DNA of 63,603 nucleotides, counting the filler, from Craspedostauros australis (taxonomy: Eukaryota), in assembly GCA_030167865.1 (NCBI GenBank). It is 10 parts of 10 records of this genome, joined end to end, with 100 filler letters (N's around TTAATTAATTAA, not from the genome) between each part and the next. Parts side by side here need not be neighbours in the genome. Positions count along the whole stretch, not along the records: positions 44,316 to 54,657 come from JALAGF010003900.1; positions 54,758 to 56,249 come from JALAGF010003902.1; positions 56,350 to 57,712 come from JALAGF010003903.1; 7 more parts are not named here. One strand, 5' to 3'. Position 1 is the stretch's first letter. Every line of letters starts with the position of its first letter. The notes beneath the pieces were generated by a model, which saw only the letters and a program-made list of their open reading frames with translations, ran no database searches and was not told the DNA's origin. The position numbers and the translations under genes were made by a program. This document shows, one piece after another, positions 45,684-56,941 of this stretch.

Positions 45684-48125
45684 ATGCCAGAGAAAGTGAT
45701 CGAACTTTCCGTAGAGGAAAGCAACAAGCTTCGGGCCAAGCTCGGCCTGAAGCCATTGGTTGTGGAGGGAAACGATGAGGCAGCCGGTGGAAACAAGAAG
45801 GACAAGAAGAAGAACAAGAGGAAGAAGGGGAAGCAGGATGGCAACGACGGAGGTTCGGACGACAAGAAGGATGGCAAGGAAATCCTCGAGATGTCCGTCG
45901 ACGAGTCCAACGCGTTGCGTGCCAAGCTGGGCTTGAAGCCGCTGGAGTCATCGGGAGGAGGCGCATCGTCGAAAGCCAACTCGAAGGAGGTGCACAGACC
46001 AGCCGGTAACGACGGGAAGGACAAGGAGGCAAGCGACCGCATCGAACGTGCCAGGTTGAAGCGCCAAGTCGAGGCGGGGATTTCGAGTACGTTTGGAACA
46101 TCGACGCTCGCATCTGGCGACGACAACGCGTTATCATGGGCTGCGCAAATGAGGAAGAAGTCGAAGAAGCAAAGCAAATCGGCATCCAAAAAAAGCAAGA
46201 AGTCTCCCAAACCTGCCAGCGGCGATCCAGGCGAGCGCGGATCGGTGAAACCACCGTCGTCCACGTCTGCGTCCGGGTACCAGGAACAGGACCTCGCGGG
46301 AATCCAAGTGGGGCACAACGTTGCCGATCTGGAGGCAGGAACGACGACTGTGATGACCCTGAAGGATGATTCCGTGCTTGGCGATGGTGGTGACGACGAT
46401 GGCCCGACGTTGGAGAACATTGGGCTCAAGCAATCCAAAACACAAAAGCGTGGCCTGGCGCTCAAGCGCCAGCTTGAGCTTGGCATGGGACGAGCCGGCG
46501 GGTATGCTGGGTTTGATGATGACGAGTTCGAAGAGCTTGGCGGAACTTTGGGACCGTCACGTTCTGCTCGTGGAGCTGAAGCGTCCCACGGGCCGGATGG
46601 GCAGAAGGGTGACAAGTCACGTGGATTTGTTATCGGCGACAAGACGAAGGCCGAGGAGCGTGCCAACATGACTGACTTCGATGCCATCCAACAGGGTCAT
46701 TCCGTTTCCCTCGTTGCGGGACAATCGGATGTTGCCGCCACGGATTACATGACGGTGGAGGAAGAGGAGGCCGAACGCCAGATGCGCAGAAAGAAGAAGG
46801 ATGGGGCATTCAAGAAGCAAAAGAAGAAGGATAAGAAAAAGCTCAAAAAGGCAAAGAAGAAGCAGCGCAAGAAGGGGAATGATGTCAACGACAGTGACGA
46901 CGACGATGACGAAGAGGCCATCTCTGCCATGCGTCGTGCGCTCTCGGCAAAGTCGAACAAGAAGAAGTCCATCGCCGACGAACTTGACGAGACGGCCGTG
47001 GATGACGGCAACGATCGTCGCAAGCGCAGGAGGACCGACGATGAAACTCCGATGGAGATCGAGTCGTCATCTTCCAAGACCGACAGATTCCACGAGATCA
47101 TGGAGAAGGGTAACGACCGAACGAACACGGCCTTCCAAGGCTCAAAGAACGTGGTTGATGACGATGAGGAACCTGATGACTCGTTCTTGAACGCGGCTCT
47201 TGCCAAGGCCCGCCGTCTCAACAGACTGAAGAACATGTCCGCCAAGAAGTCCACCGGCGCGGATGCCGTTGCCGAGGCTGTCAAGAGCAGCGGTCCCGAC
47301 CTCGTTCCAAGCGGTGCTCCGACCTCCGGCGAAAGCAGCAACGGCATCTCGTTCTCCACCGATGATACAAGAGAATTCACGAGAGCCCTGCAGGCGCGAA
47401 CCGCACAGGCAAGCCGGAAACCGACACGCAAGACCGGTGGCATCGTGATGAATATCAAATCGAAAGAGGCAGAGAAGCAGCCCAGCGCAACGGACGAGAA
47501 CGCCAAGAGCAAGGAGGCAGATGCGGCAGCAAAGGCTGGCAAGGACAACAACGAGGATGGCGGCGACGACGATGACGACAACATGGACATCGATGAGCTG
47601 GCCAAGCAGGTCAAGGACGATCCAGAACCGGGTGAGGGCCTTGGCAACGAATCCGGTGTTGGGCGAGGACTCTCGAGCTTCGTCAGCATGCTGAAGAGCA
47701 CTGGCGAGCTGAACAAGAAACGAAGCACGGGCGAGGAGCTGCGCGGACGCGCCAACGATGAGCGCAACTACGACAACTACAAGCCGTTGGATCTCAACAA
47801 GGTGGTTAAGATCGGCGCCAACGCCACGGAGAAGGACAGGGAATTCGCGAACCGCGAGATCAAGCTGGAATACCGCGACAAGCACGGTCGTTTGCTGACG
47901 CAGAAGGAATCGTACCGCGAACTTTGCTACCAGTTCCACGGGCACGGCGCAAGCAAGAAGAACGAGGACAAGCGGTTGCGCCGCATCGCCATGGAGCAGT
48001 CCGAGGCCCGTGTCGCCTCCAGGTCCATGTCGGCGGCTCGTGACGGAAACGGCGTGGGAACGCTGGGGGCACTCAAGGCAACGCAGAAGGCCACAGGCAA
48101 GGCATTCCTGGTGCACAAGACCTAA
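45684..48125 (+). CDS. SART1: U4/U6.U5 tri-snRNP-associated protein 1 (SART1/Snu66)
   Basis: Two HIND motifs (LSVEESNKLRAKLGLKPL, MSVDESNALRAKLGLKPL), LAGIQVGH..VMTLKDDSVL, C-terminal IKLEYRDKHGRLLTQKESYRELCYQFHGHG..K. Confidence 0.93.
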   Translation: MPEKVIELSVEESNKLRAKLGLKPLVVEGNDEAAGGNKKDKKKNKRKKGKQDGNDGGSDDKKDGKEILEMSVDESNALRAKLGLKPLESSGGGASSKANSKEVHRPAGNDGKDKEASDRIERARLKRQVEAGISSTFGTSTLASGDDNALSWAAQMRKKSKKQSKSASKKSKKSPKPASGDPGERGSVKPPSSTSASGYQEQDLAGIQVGHNVADLEAGTTTVMTLKDDSVLGDGGDDDGPTLENIGLKQSKTQKRGLALKRQLELGMGRAGGYAGFDDDEFEELGGTLGPSRSARGAEASHGPDGQKGDKSRGFVIGDKTKAEERANMTDFDAIQQGHSVSLVAGQSDVAATDYMTVEEEEAERQMRRKKKDGAFKKQKKKDKKKLKKAKKKQRKKGNDVNDSDDDDDEEAISAMRRALSAKSNKKKSIADELDETAVDDGNDRRKRRRTDDETPMEIESSSSKTDRFHEIMEKGNDRTNTAFQGSKNVVDDDEEPDDSFLNAALAKARRLNRLKNMSAKKSTGADAVAEAVKSSGPDLVPSGAPTSGESSNGISFSTDDTREFTRALQARTAQASRKPTRKTGGIVMNIKSKEAEKQPSATDENAKSKEADAAAKAGKDNNEDGGDDDDDNMDIDELAKQVKDDPEPGEGLGNESGVGRGLSSFVSMLKSTGELNKKRSTGEELRGRANDERNYDNYKPLDLNKVVKIGANATEKDREFANREIKLEYRDKHGRLLTQKESYRELCYQFHGHGASKKNEDKRLRRIAMEQSEARVASRSMSAARDGNGVGTLGALKATQKATGKAFLVHKT

Positions 48126-48405
48126 AACCACGCGTTGCTTTTGCATAGATCGTAGCGAAGCGCACGGAATAAACAGGCAGGCAGACAAACACATGGCACA
48201 TGTAAAGGCGAGTCTAACGAAGAATCGACACGTTCCCAACGATCTTGGCATGACATTTGCGTAGACTTGTGATTGTACCTGTCGTTTTCGTTGTCGAAAG
48301 AGTAGGAAGGGGCTGCTCTATACTCTATGTTCAATGTTCTTATTATGGGATGTATTCCGAGCGGGGATGCGCTCGTAGCGCCACGCAGATACTTCAGGAC
48401 CGGAA

Positions 48406-49653
48406 TCATCCCGCCGTTTTTGCAACGATCATGTTTGCGACATATTCCGCAATGGCGAGGGAACTAGTCAAACCCGGACTTTCGATCCCAAATAGATGGA
48501 CCAAACCGCGGATGCCATGTTGGTCGTCATTGGCAATGGCGAAGTCCTGCGACAGCGATGTTGCCGATGCTGCCATCGATGGGTGGCTGAGCTTGGGTCG
48601 TATCCCCGCGTAGTCCGGCACCAGAACATCATCGGACGATGGCAGATCCTGCCAATACTGCTGGATGGATTTGCGAAAGGCTTCCACCTTTGCGTTGGAA
48701 GGCGTCAAGTCAATCCGATAGGGATCTCGGCAGTTGGCATCCATCCATTCCACATCAGGCCCGAATTTGATGGACTGGCCCGCATGGTCGATGGTGGCAT
48801 GCACTCCCAATCCACCTTGCTCGGGCACAGGATACACCAGCCGTTGGAATGGCATCCGCGACGAGGCGAGCTTGAAGTAGTTACCTTTCGCGAAATACTG
48901 TCGAGGTGGTTGCCACTCGCTCACTACTCTTTTGCCGTTGTCGCTGTTCGAGTTGGTGCTGTGAAACAACGAGGCGACGTTGCTGGCATGCAACCCTGCG
49001 CAATTGATGACGTTGTCGCATGCGATCCACATCCCTTCGGCCTTGATGTGGATGGGGTTGCGTTCATGTTCCAAACGCCCGTGCGTGCTGGCATCCTCCA
49101 AATCGGTTTGCAAGGCGAGCGTTGTGCCCGCGTCCTCCGCATCCGCCAACAGCGACATGCAATACGCGTGGCTATCGAACACGCCGGTGGACGGTGACAG
49201 CAGACCGCCGCACGTTTGCAACTCAGGTTCCATGGATCTCACATCCTCCGCTGTAAGCAATCGACAATCGTCGACGCCATTGGCCATGGCCTGCTGCAGC
49301 AATTTCGGTAGGACGGTCGCCCGCTGCCGCTCGTTGGCGGACACGACGAGCTTCCCACATTGCCGCACCGCGATGCCACGCTGGCTGCAGAAATCGTACA
49401 GGCTGTGCTTGCCCTCCACGCAGAACCTTGCCTTGAGGGTGTTGGCTGGGTAGTACAATCCGGCATGGATCACCTCGGAGTTGCGAGCGGACGTCTCCGA
49501 TGCCACCGCGCCGCATCTGTCCATCAACAGCACCTCCTTTCCCTTCTGCGATAGAGCGCGCGCAATGGCCAATCCAATCACACCTGCGCCGATGACGGCG
49601 ACTTGGACGTGGTGGGCGGCGGACGGTGGTGGCAGCAGCGGCGGCGGCGGCAT
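48406..49653 (-). CDS. L2HGDH: L-2-hydroxyglutarate dehydrogenase family FAD oxidoreductase
   Basis: VIGAGVIGLA, ETSARNSEVIHAGLYYP..LKA..C, CGKLVV, SPSTG, INCAGL, KGNYF, VYPVP..GLGVHAT, FGPDVEW, YAGIRPK, GIESPGLTSSLAIAE. Confidence 0.93.
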   Translation of the reverse strand: MPPPPLLPPPSAAHHVQVAVIGAGVIGLAIARALSQKGKEVLLMDRCGAVASETSARNSEVIHAGLYYPANTLKARFCVEGKHSLYDFCSQRGIAVRQCGKLVVSANERQRATVLPKLLQQAMANGVDDCRLLTAEDVRSMEPELQTCGGLLSPSTGVFDSHAYCMSLLADAEDAGTTLALQTDLEDASTHGRLEHERNPIHIKAEGMWIACDNVINCAGLHASNVASLFHSTNSNSDNGKRVVSEWQPPRQYFAKGNYFKLASSRMPFQRLVYPVPEQGGLGVHATIDHAGQSIKFGPDVEWMDANCRDPYRIDLTPSNAKVEAFRKSIQQYWQDLPSSDDVLVPDYAGIRPKLSHPSMAASATSLSQDFAIANDDQHGIRGLVHLFGIESPGLTSSLAIAEYVANMIVAKTAG

Positions 49654-50239
49654 GTCAGTCAATTCATTCGTTCAGCTGACGGCATTCGTTGCATCTCCCG
49701 TACGTATGTACGAGTATGATGTGTGTATGTGCTGGAGAATGCAGCAACATTTGATTTGTGATGAATGGTCGTAGTCGTGGTCTTCGATGGCTGCTTTGGA
49801 TCTTTCGGCAGCGGAGCGGACCAAAGATCGAGAAACGGCGTGGTTCTGTGATGTTCTGTCCATTCCCTTCGACAATGATTGACTATCACGACTACTTGAT
49901 GTCGGCTTCAGTTCGTGGCGTGGACAACAGGGGACTGCGTGTGCCAACACATCCAGCGAGTTGAAGGGGTTGGAGGAGCGAACCAGATACGATCCAGTCG
50001 CATGGAGACAGAGAACCACAGCAAAGACAGAGCGCAGCAGCACCAACGAACAACAAGCAAACAAACGAGGGAAAGACAAAGAGATCTCAATCTGCGAGCA
50101 CCACCAGAAGCACCTCCACACACCGCACATCTCTACATGGAGTAGTGCCTTCTTCCCCAACTCCATTGCAACACACACAAGAGCAATCCACAGGCCACTG
50201 ACAGAACCAAGAACCTGTCAATCGATCCACGTTGACATC

Positions 50240-51448
50240 ATGTATCTTTCCAGAACACGCGGTGCGCTACTGAAATGGTGTCGTTTCTCACGCACACCTG
50301 TGCCATGCGCTTCGGCAAACATGGCCGCGGCCCCTCACGGCGGCTCTGCATTCCAAAACAGAGCGCAATCAACTCAGGCATCGTCACCGCGGGTGGTCGA
50401 TTTGCGGAGTGACACTGTCACGATGCCATGCAGGCAGATGCTGGAAACGGCTCTCTCGGCCCCATTGGGCGACGATGTCATGGGCGAAGATCCCACCGTG
50501 CAAAAGTTGGAGCAGCACGTGGCCGCGGTGTTCGGAAAAGAGCGCGGTCTATTCGTGCCGACGGGCACCATGTCCAACCTCGTCGCTCTCCTTGCTCATT
50601 GCGACACGCGGGCTTCGGAAATCATCGCTGGCGCACAGTCTCATATCTGCCTTTGGGAAGGCGGCAACGCGGCCAACCTCGGCGGGATCAGCACGACGCA
50701 AGTGCAAGAAGATCAGGTCACGGCCGAATTCAACGTTCAGGACATCCGCGACGCTCTGCGTACCGGCGACGACGATCACTGGCCCCTCACGCAGGTGCTG
50801 TGCTTGGAGAACACGCAGAACATGCTGGGCGGCGTGCCTTTGTCCAAGCAGTACCTGGACGATATAGGCAGGATGGCGCAGGACGAATGGAACATCCGAA
50901 CGCACGTGGATGGTGCACGCATCTTCCATGCCACCGTGGCCTTGGACGTGACGGCGCAGGAACTGTGCGCCAAGATGGATTCCATCTCCGTGTGCTTGTC
51001 CAAAGGCCTTGGGGCACCGGCAGGCAGCGTGTTGGTCGGCAACCATGACCTCATCGAATTGGCCAAACGTGCACGCAAGCGTTGTGGCGGCGGCATGCGT
51101 CAGGCCGGTGTCATTGCCGCGATGGGCTTGTACGCTCTGGAGAACAACATCGATCGTCTCCGTGAAGATCATGACAAGGCCAAGTATCTGGCCGGTGAAT
51201 TGCTGCGACACGGTTTCAACGTGCCACGCAAAGTCGACACCAACATCGTGTACTTTGGCTTGCCGGGAGGTTCCTCTTCGGCGGCGCAGAAGGAAGAGTT
51301 CTCGGCCAAAGCCCAAAAAGACTTCCAAGTTCTGATAACTGGTGGATACAGCAAAGGAGGAGAGCTCTTCCGCGCGGTCCTCCACAAGGATGTGGATGAT
51401 GCGGGCGTCCAGCGAGCCGTCGACGCGATGGTCCAGTGCGTTCCATGA
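50240..51448 (+). CDS. ltaE: Low-specificity L-threonine aldolase (GLY1/LtaE family), probable mitochondrial presequence
   Basis: DLRSDTVT.P, GDDVMGEDPTV, LFVPTGTMSN, CLENTQN, HVDGARIF, CLSKGLGAPAGS (PLP Lys), GGGMRQAG; Arg-rich N-terminus from ATG 50240. Confidence 0.95.
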   Translation: MYLSRTRGALLKWCRFSRTPVPCASANMAAAPHGGSAFQNRAQSTQASSPRVVDLRSDTVTMPCRQMLETALSAPLGDDVMGEDPTVQKLEQHVAAVFGKERGLFVPTGTMSNLVALLAHCDTRASEIIAGAQSHICLWEGGNAANLGGISTTQVQEDQVTAEFNVQDIRDALRTGDDDHWPLTQVLCLENTQNMLGGVPLSKQYLDDIGRMAQDEWNIRTHVDGARIFHATVALDVTAQELCAKMDSISVCLSKGLGAPAGSVLVGNHDLIELAKRARKRCGGGMRQAGVIAAMGLYALENNIDRLREDHDKAKYLAGELLRHGFNVPRKVDTNIVYFGLPGGSSSAAQKEEFSAKAQKDFQVLITGGYSKGGELFRAVLHKDVDDAGVQRAVDAMVQCVP

Positions 51449-52687
51449 TTTCGAAAAAGGAGCACAGGCAACATGGATGGTGGCGCCCATTCAACCAGCA
51501 ACGAACTGTTCTCGATATGACCCTTTCGTGACGGCGGAGTTGCATCATACTAGTACCAGAGCAGTGCTTCGAGAAGTATACTTGGGGTTATCCACTTAAG
51601 TCTACCAAACATCGCAGACAATACTCAAGATTGCTGCTCCGCCTGAATCTCCACCGTTTAAATTGCATTGACGCAACACTGGTGCCGTCTGCTACGCCCA
51701 CAATGCTGTCACTACATCCATAGCACACGCCACCGCACCGCATCGATGTACAATGGATGTATCATAGTCATGCCTACTCTACTTGTACTTCTCCACACTC
51801 GCAAGCGCACACAGGATCGGCAGATTGATCGCTATGGATCCTTCAGCGAAAGGCAGGAAGATGCTGCGTGCCAGTTTGAATTTCGAAAGGAAACTGTTGG
51901 TTGTTTTGTGACTTTTATCCAAGACCAAAGCAAGATATCGCAACGGAGACGGTTGGACACTGTGCGCGTTTCACAAGTGCTTCAGATTGTCGCAACGGTG
52001 TGATGTGGTCATAGCAATTTCTGTTGGGGTCATGACGGTTAGCGACATGCCAACCGCTTTCGTCAACCGCGCTAAACGTGGAAACCCGAGACGTTACTAT
52101 CTTTAACGTCCATCTGCGCTACTATTCGGATGCCCAAAAGAAGTCCCACCAACAAAATTGTTTCTCTCGCCGCTGATCGCTCCCTCCTGCCGACGCAACT
52201 GCTTGGTGCAGCACAAGCAAGCCAACACAGAGTTCTCCCCATCTCTTTGTCGATACAAAGACACCGACAAAAACAGCAGAAACGATGGGCAGTGAGGATG
52301 CAGACATGATGGATGTCAGCGCAACAGCGTCGAAGTAGCGGGGGAGAGCGAGCGAGAGAGAGAGAGAGAGAGAAACAAACTCGAGTTTTACCCGCCTCCT
52401 TCGGTCTTCGATCTTCAACGGAAGAGGGCACTCTGCCGGGATCTGCATCAACAACATCTGTATCGACAACATCTGCATCAGCAAGTCATAGCATCAACAG
52501 CAGCAACAGTAGTAGCACGATCCTCTGCTACACCGCACTCATTCTCACTTGTTCAGAGCATACTCGCCGACTCCCATCGTCCCTTCACAAATCAGCAACA
52601 GGCTCACAAGCGCACTCACAGCCGCACCACAACCCTACCACAATTGTACGTACTCGCCTCGCACTGTTCAGCACATCGCATCGCACC

Positions 52688-53938
52688 ATGTCCATCAGCA
52701 TCATCAACGAACCACAGCCGGAGCTGCAGCAGGAGATGAGCGATCTCATGTACACCTACGAGTGCAATGGGGAATCCAAGAACTCGTGGCTATCCTCCGA
52801 ATCCTCCGAAGCCTTCAGCCTCAGCACGCAGTCGACAGTCTCGGAATGGAGCGAGCCTTTGCGATTGCGTGGCTATCCGTATTCCGTTGGCGACAGCACG
52901 CACACGAGCGACACGTCCAAATCTGGTGCATTTTGCGAAGATGCGATCCTGGAGACGCTCACGACCCTCTTCAGTCCCGATGGATGGAGTAAGCTTGGGG
53001 GATCGCTGCTGTGCAAGCCAGCGGACGGCATGAGCTGCATGCCAACGAAGCTCGCTGCGTTCCAGGGACTCACCACGTCTGCAAGGGGAACTGCCGATGC
53101 AGCGCAAGCAGAAGCCGGACAGGAGGGAGCTCGCGGCGATGACGACAATAGTGAAGAATCCAAACAAGAGACCCCGCCGCACGACGCAGCGATGCAACCG
53201 ACTCCGGAGAAAGCGGCGGAATCAGATCACCCTAGCGATGATATCGAGATTGAATGGGATGAACAGTCACGCGCAGCTTCTGTGGCGGGTGGTGAAGGTG
53301 ACGGCGCTGATGAAGGTGACGGCGCTGATGAATGCCACACCGAAAGCGAAGAGGACGAGGAAGAGGTTGACTTGTCGGATGATGAGTCGTCGCAGCAGCA
53401 ACATCTGGAGCAACAAAAGAGCGTTGGCGAGGAAGAAAGTCTTCTGATCTTTCAAGACGATGTTGATGTTGATGATGACGATGACGACGACGACGACGAC
53501 GATGTTGACAATGACAATGATGCTGACGATGGCGCTGACGACGAGGGTATGGATGGCACTGATGGAACTCGTGGTGTCGATGCTATCGATACTATCGATG
53601 CTGCCGATGCTATCGATGGTGTTGAGGCGAACCTCAATACGATAAGTGATCACGACGCTGACAAGGCTGTGAGCGACGCAGATGACAACGGTGCATGTTG
53701 CAACAATGATGAAGCGTGGACAGAATCGACACAGATCATCGAGCCAATGGAACCAACGGCACCGGAACCCCTGGACTACAAAGAGGAGAGGCACGTACGA
53801 CCGAAACCGCGGAAGGGATTATCCCGCAGGCTGCGCAAGGGCTTCTCCAAACTCTTCAACCGCAAGAAGAATGTCAGTTCGACGTCGTCTCCTGTGGGTG
53901 GTTTGGAGCGGTATGGGTACGTTCCTTCAGATGCCTGA
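52688..53938 (+). CDS. Acidic low-complexity hypothetical protein with a basic C-terminal patch
   Basis: Open frame with ATG at 52688, long D/E tracts, C-terminal RKGLSRRLRKGFSKLFNRKK; no recognisable domain. Confidence 0.6.
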   Translation: MSISIINEPQPELQQEMSDLMYTYECNGESKNSWLSSESSEAFSLSTQSTVSEWSEPLRLRGYPYSVGDSTHTSDTSKSGAFCEDAILETLTTLFSPDGWSKLGGSLLCKPADGMSCMPTKLAAFQGLTTSARGTADAAQAEAGQEGARGDDDNSEESKQETPPHDAAMQPTPEKAAESDHPSDDIEIEWDEQSRAASVAGGEGDGADEGDGADECHTESEEDEEEVDLSDDESSQQQHLEQQKSVGEEESLLIFQDDVDVDDDDDDDDDDDVDNDNDADDGADDEGMDGTDGTRGVDAIDTIDAADAIDGVEANLNTISDHDADKAVSDADDNGACCNNDEAWTESTQIIEPMEPTAPEPLDYKEERHVRPKPRKGLSRRLRKGFSKLFNRKKNVSSTSSPVGGLERYGYVPSDA

Positions 53939-54540
53939 AAGTTCATAGCTGCCCATTTCGGGGGACCTATTTCGCCATGCCATACAATTCAACATACCCG
54001 CACTACAATTTGCACGGACGCGAGTCAGCATCCCAATGTTAGTAAATATCATCTAATACGTCTGTATGAAGAACGTTCCACTGTATCGCGTAAACACATA
54101 CGGCCAACACAGTCGATTAGCGAGTAACGAAAGGATGCACGAGTCATAGCAGAGTGCACCAAACATTTCTTGCCAAGATTCGTTGTCGGCAGGAAGGTTC
54201 CTTGTCGCTCTCTCACTTGACTATGCTCAATTCGAGTGTGACCCAGTGCGAGTTTGCACGAAGATGGTGCGTGTGTGGCGTCTATCCTGGAAGGAAAGGC
54301 GCAGAGCACCTGATAGAACACAGACAACAATGGGTACTTACTTTGAGATTGGGAGTGATCAGGTCCGTCAAATGAAGTAGAGTGAAGATGTTGGTAATTG
54401 TCAGTGTGCTCTGAGTGGTTAATTGATGTTAAGATGATGTAAGCTGGCCCAATTCAGAACTGTTGGAGTCTGAATTGTGAGCAGATGGAGATGAAATGAT
54501 GAAAAATGATGCTGAGGCAACATGTGTTGCAACACACAGC

Positions 54541-54592
54541 AGAGCATGAAGTGCAGTGCATGAATTACAGTGCATGAAGTGGAGAGCATGAA
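54541..54592. repeat. 14-bp-period repeat AG(A/T)GCATGAA-N4 x4 inside a CpG-poor tract next to a gap
   Basis: agagcatgaa gtgc agtgcatgaa ttac agtgcatgaa gtgg agagcatgaa. Confidence 0.75.
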
Positions 54593-54757
54593 GGTGTTGT
54601 CGAGTTTGCAAGACTGAGGAGGTTCATGGCACCTCCAAGACTGATCTTGCTTCTTGGNNNNNNNNNNNNNNNNNNNNNNNNNNNNNNNNNNNNNNNNNNN
54701 NTTAATTAATTAANNNNNNNNNNNNNNNNNNNNNNNNNNNNNNNNNNNNNNNNNNNN

Positions 54758-56224
54758 CTTCTTCACGCGAAGCTGAGTCCCCATGTACTTCATCGTCAAG
54801 AAGAAATCGATCTTGCCCTCCGCCGCAACTTCGAACTCGTACTTCGACAAGATGCTTGGCACGACCGAGCTGAGCTCAGCAATTGCCAACGATTGGCCGG
54901 GGCAGCTGCGATTGCCCGTGGCGAATGTCACCATGCTCTTCATCATTTCCTTGGTCGGATTCTCCCATCGACCAGGTTTGAACTGCTCAGCATCTTCAAA
55001 CACCATCTCGTCGCGATGGGCCGTGATCTGCGGCAGAAACACGGCAGCACCTTTGGGGACCTTGACCTTGCGGTTCGAAAGATCGTCAAAGAAGATGAAA
55101 TCGCGGCCGGTGAGACGAGCTGGACCCATCGCAGCAACAGGGATCACTCGTTGGGATTCAGTGATCACGCGCTTGAGATGGTCGCTGGATTGCGCCGGGT
55201 CACCCTGCAACAACGACTGCTGCAGGTGCTTCATCTCGTTGGGATGCTTGGCCAGCAAGACGAGGGTGTTGGAAAGTGCGTATGCCGTTGTGTCGAAACT
55301 ACCGATGATCAACAGAAGCAGTTCTGCGATCTGTTCTTGTTCTGACATGCCATGCGCGTTGGACTCGATCACCTTGATCAATGTCTTGCGCTCCGACTTG
55401 TTGGGCTTGTTGCGGTAGGCTGTCAAGACCTTCTTCGCAAAGCCTTGCATAGCGGTGGTGCCTTTGCGCGCCTCCCAGACTTCTGGGATCATGAAGCCGA
55501 ATATCTTCCGGAAAGGATTGGTGGCTGAGCGGTAGGTAAACTCACGTGCAGCCACCTCGGAGCTGGACGTGAACAGCTCGAAGTCTCCGGGAGCCGCTTC
55601 GTATTCGAAGGCTGCCTCCATGATGGATTTGAACACGATCTTTGGCAATTCGATGGATGGGTCGAATGCCATGTCGGTATCCGCGAGCTTCTCGAGGAAG
55701 CCCGATTCCCACTCCTTGGCGTACTTCGCGCAGATGGCATTCATTCGCTTGACTTCCGAAGACGACATTGCATGTGTGACGGATTTTCTCATGTGCTTCA
55801 AGCTTGGGTCGGTTGTTGGACGCGTCGCCATTTGCTTGTGTCCGATCATGGTTTCGAAGCCTGCGTAGATAGGCATCGGCTTGTCCGTAGTCTTGTCGAG
55901 ATACACCTCGCGTTGATCTTTCGCAGCGCAGAGGACATAGGCACCTCCAGGGACTGGGATGTTGTGCTGGAAGATGGAAGACCCCAAGGATTTCCGAAGG
56001 TGGAGGTGCCACCATGGTGCTTCGGATGATGCCAGAAGTCTGACGGACTCCATGATCCCGACAGGGACCTTGACAGGGGCATCTTTGGCGGCTGGTCTGT
56101 TGAAGGCGATGGCAGCCCATCCCAAAGCAAGTGCCAGAGCGATCAGGCTCACCGTTGAGACGTTGTCTCCCAAAGCTGTTGCGAAATCGAAGTTCATCAT
56201 CGTCATGTTCATTGTTGTTGTCAT
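54758..56224 (-). CDS. Cytochrome P450 with N-terminal membrane anchor (last codons in gap)
   Basis: TM SLIALALALGWAAIAF, Pro-rich hinge, IGSFDTT, ESQR, PGRW, FATGNRSCPG. Confidence 0.93.
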
Positions 56225-56349
56225 CGTGGCAGGGGTGGTCAAAGGTGTGNNNNNNNNNNNNNNNNNNNNNNNNNNNNNNNNNNNNNNNNNNNNTTAATTA
56301 ATTAANNNNNNNNNNNNNNNNNNNNNNNNNNNNNNNNNNNNNNNNNNNN

Positions 56350-56941
56350 GGTGCTGCTTTGGACACTCTGTAACGGTGGTTGAAGGCCCTGGTGCCGTCG
56401 ACGGTGTAATTGTTGAAGACCTTGTAAGGGAAGGACTGAAGGGCAATTGGACCGAGTCCAGGAAGGACCCCTCTGCGGACTTCCATCGGCTGCCCGTCTG
56501 GCCCGTATGCGAACATGTCGCACATGTAGTATCCGGTGAAGAGAGCCTGGAAGCAATGATTGAAGTGGTTGTCGAAGCATGGATGTATGCATGCATGCAT
56601 GGATTGATGGAGAGAGTACAATCACCCAAAACGATGACAATGGCAGCAAGGCAAGGCAAGACACAAAAGGTTAGAGCGGATCGTGTCTCCTCACAGCAAG
56701 CGACGGATGCGGAGGACCGAGACACTCAGCGGCGATACCATTTCCACTGTCGCAAACGCACCTTGACTTTGTTTTGCTCAATGATATCGTAATTGAGGCC
56801 CGACTTGTAACGCTTGTCAGAATCGGAGAGGCATGGTTCGCGCCATGGATCGCCGCACTTGCCATCTCCTGCTGCAGTCTTCGTGAGGATGCTCAACACG
56901 AGCGCAACCAGGCAAACGAGGTTGGTTTGGGAGATCTTCAT
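56350..56941 (-). CDS. Secreted hypothetical protein, 5' part (overlaps 57813-58368 in reverse)
   Basis: Signal peptide MKISQTNLVCLVALVLSILTKTAAG, then CGDPWREPC; contains the same GT-AG intron as the + strand copy. Confidence 0.65.

Noticed and set aside
48406..51448. L2HGDH and threonine aldolase as a metabolic gene cluster
   Set aside because: Divergent neighbours with no shared pathway that I can support; head-to-head spacing is common in compact genomes.
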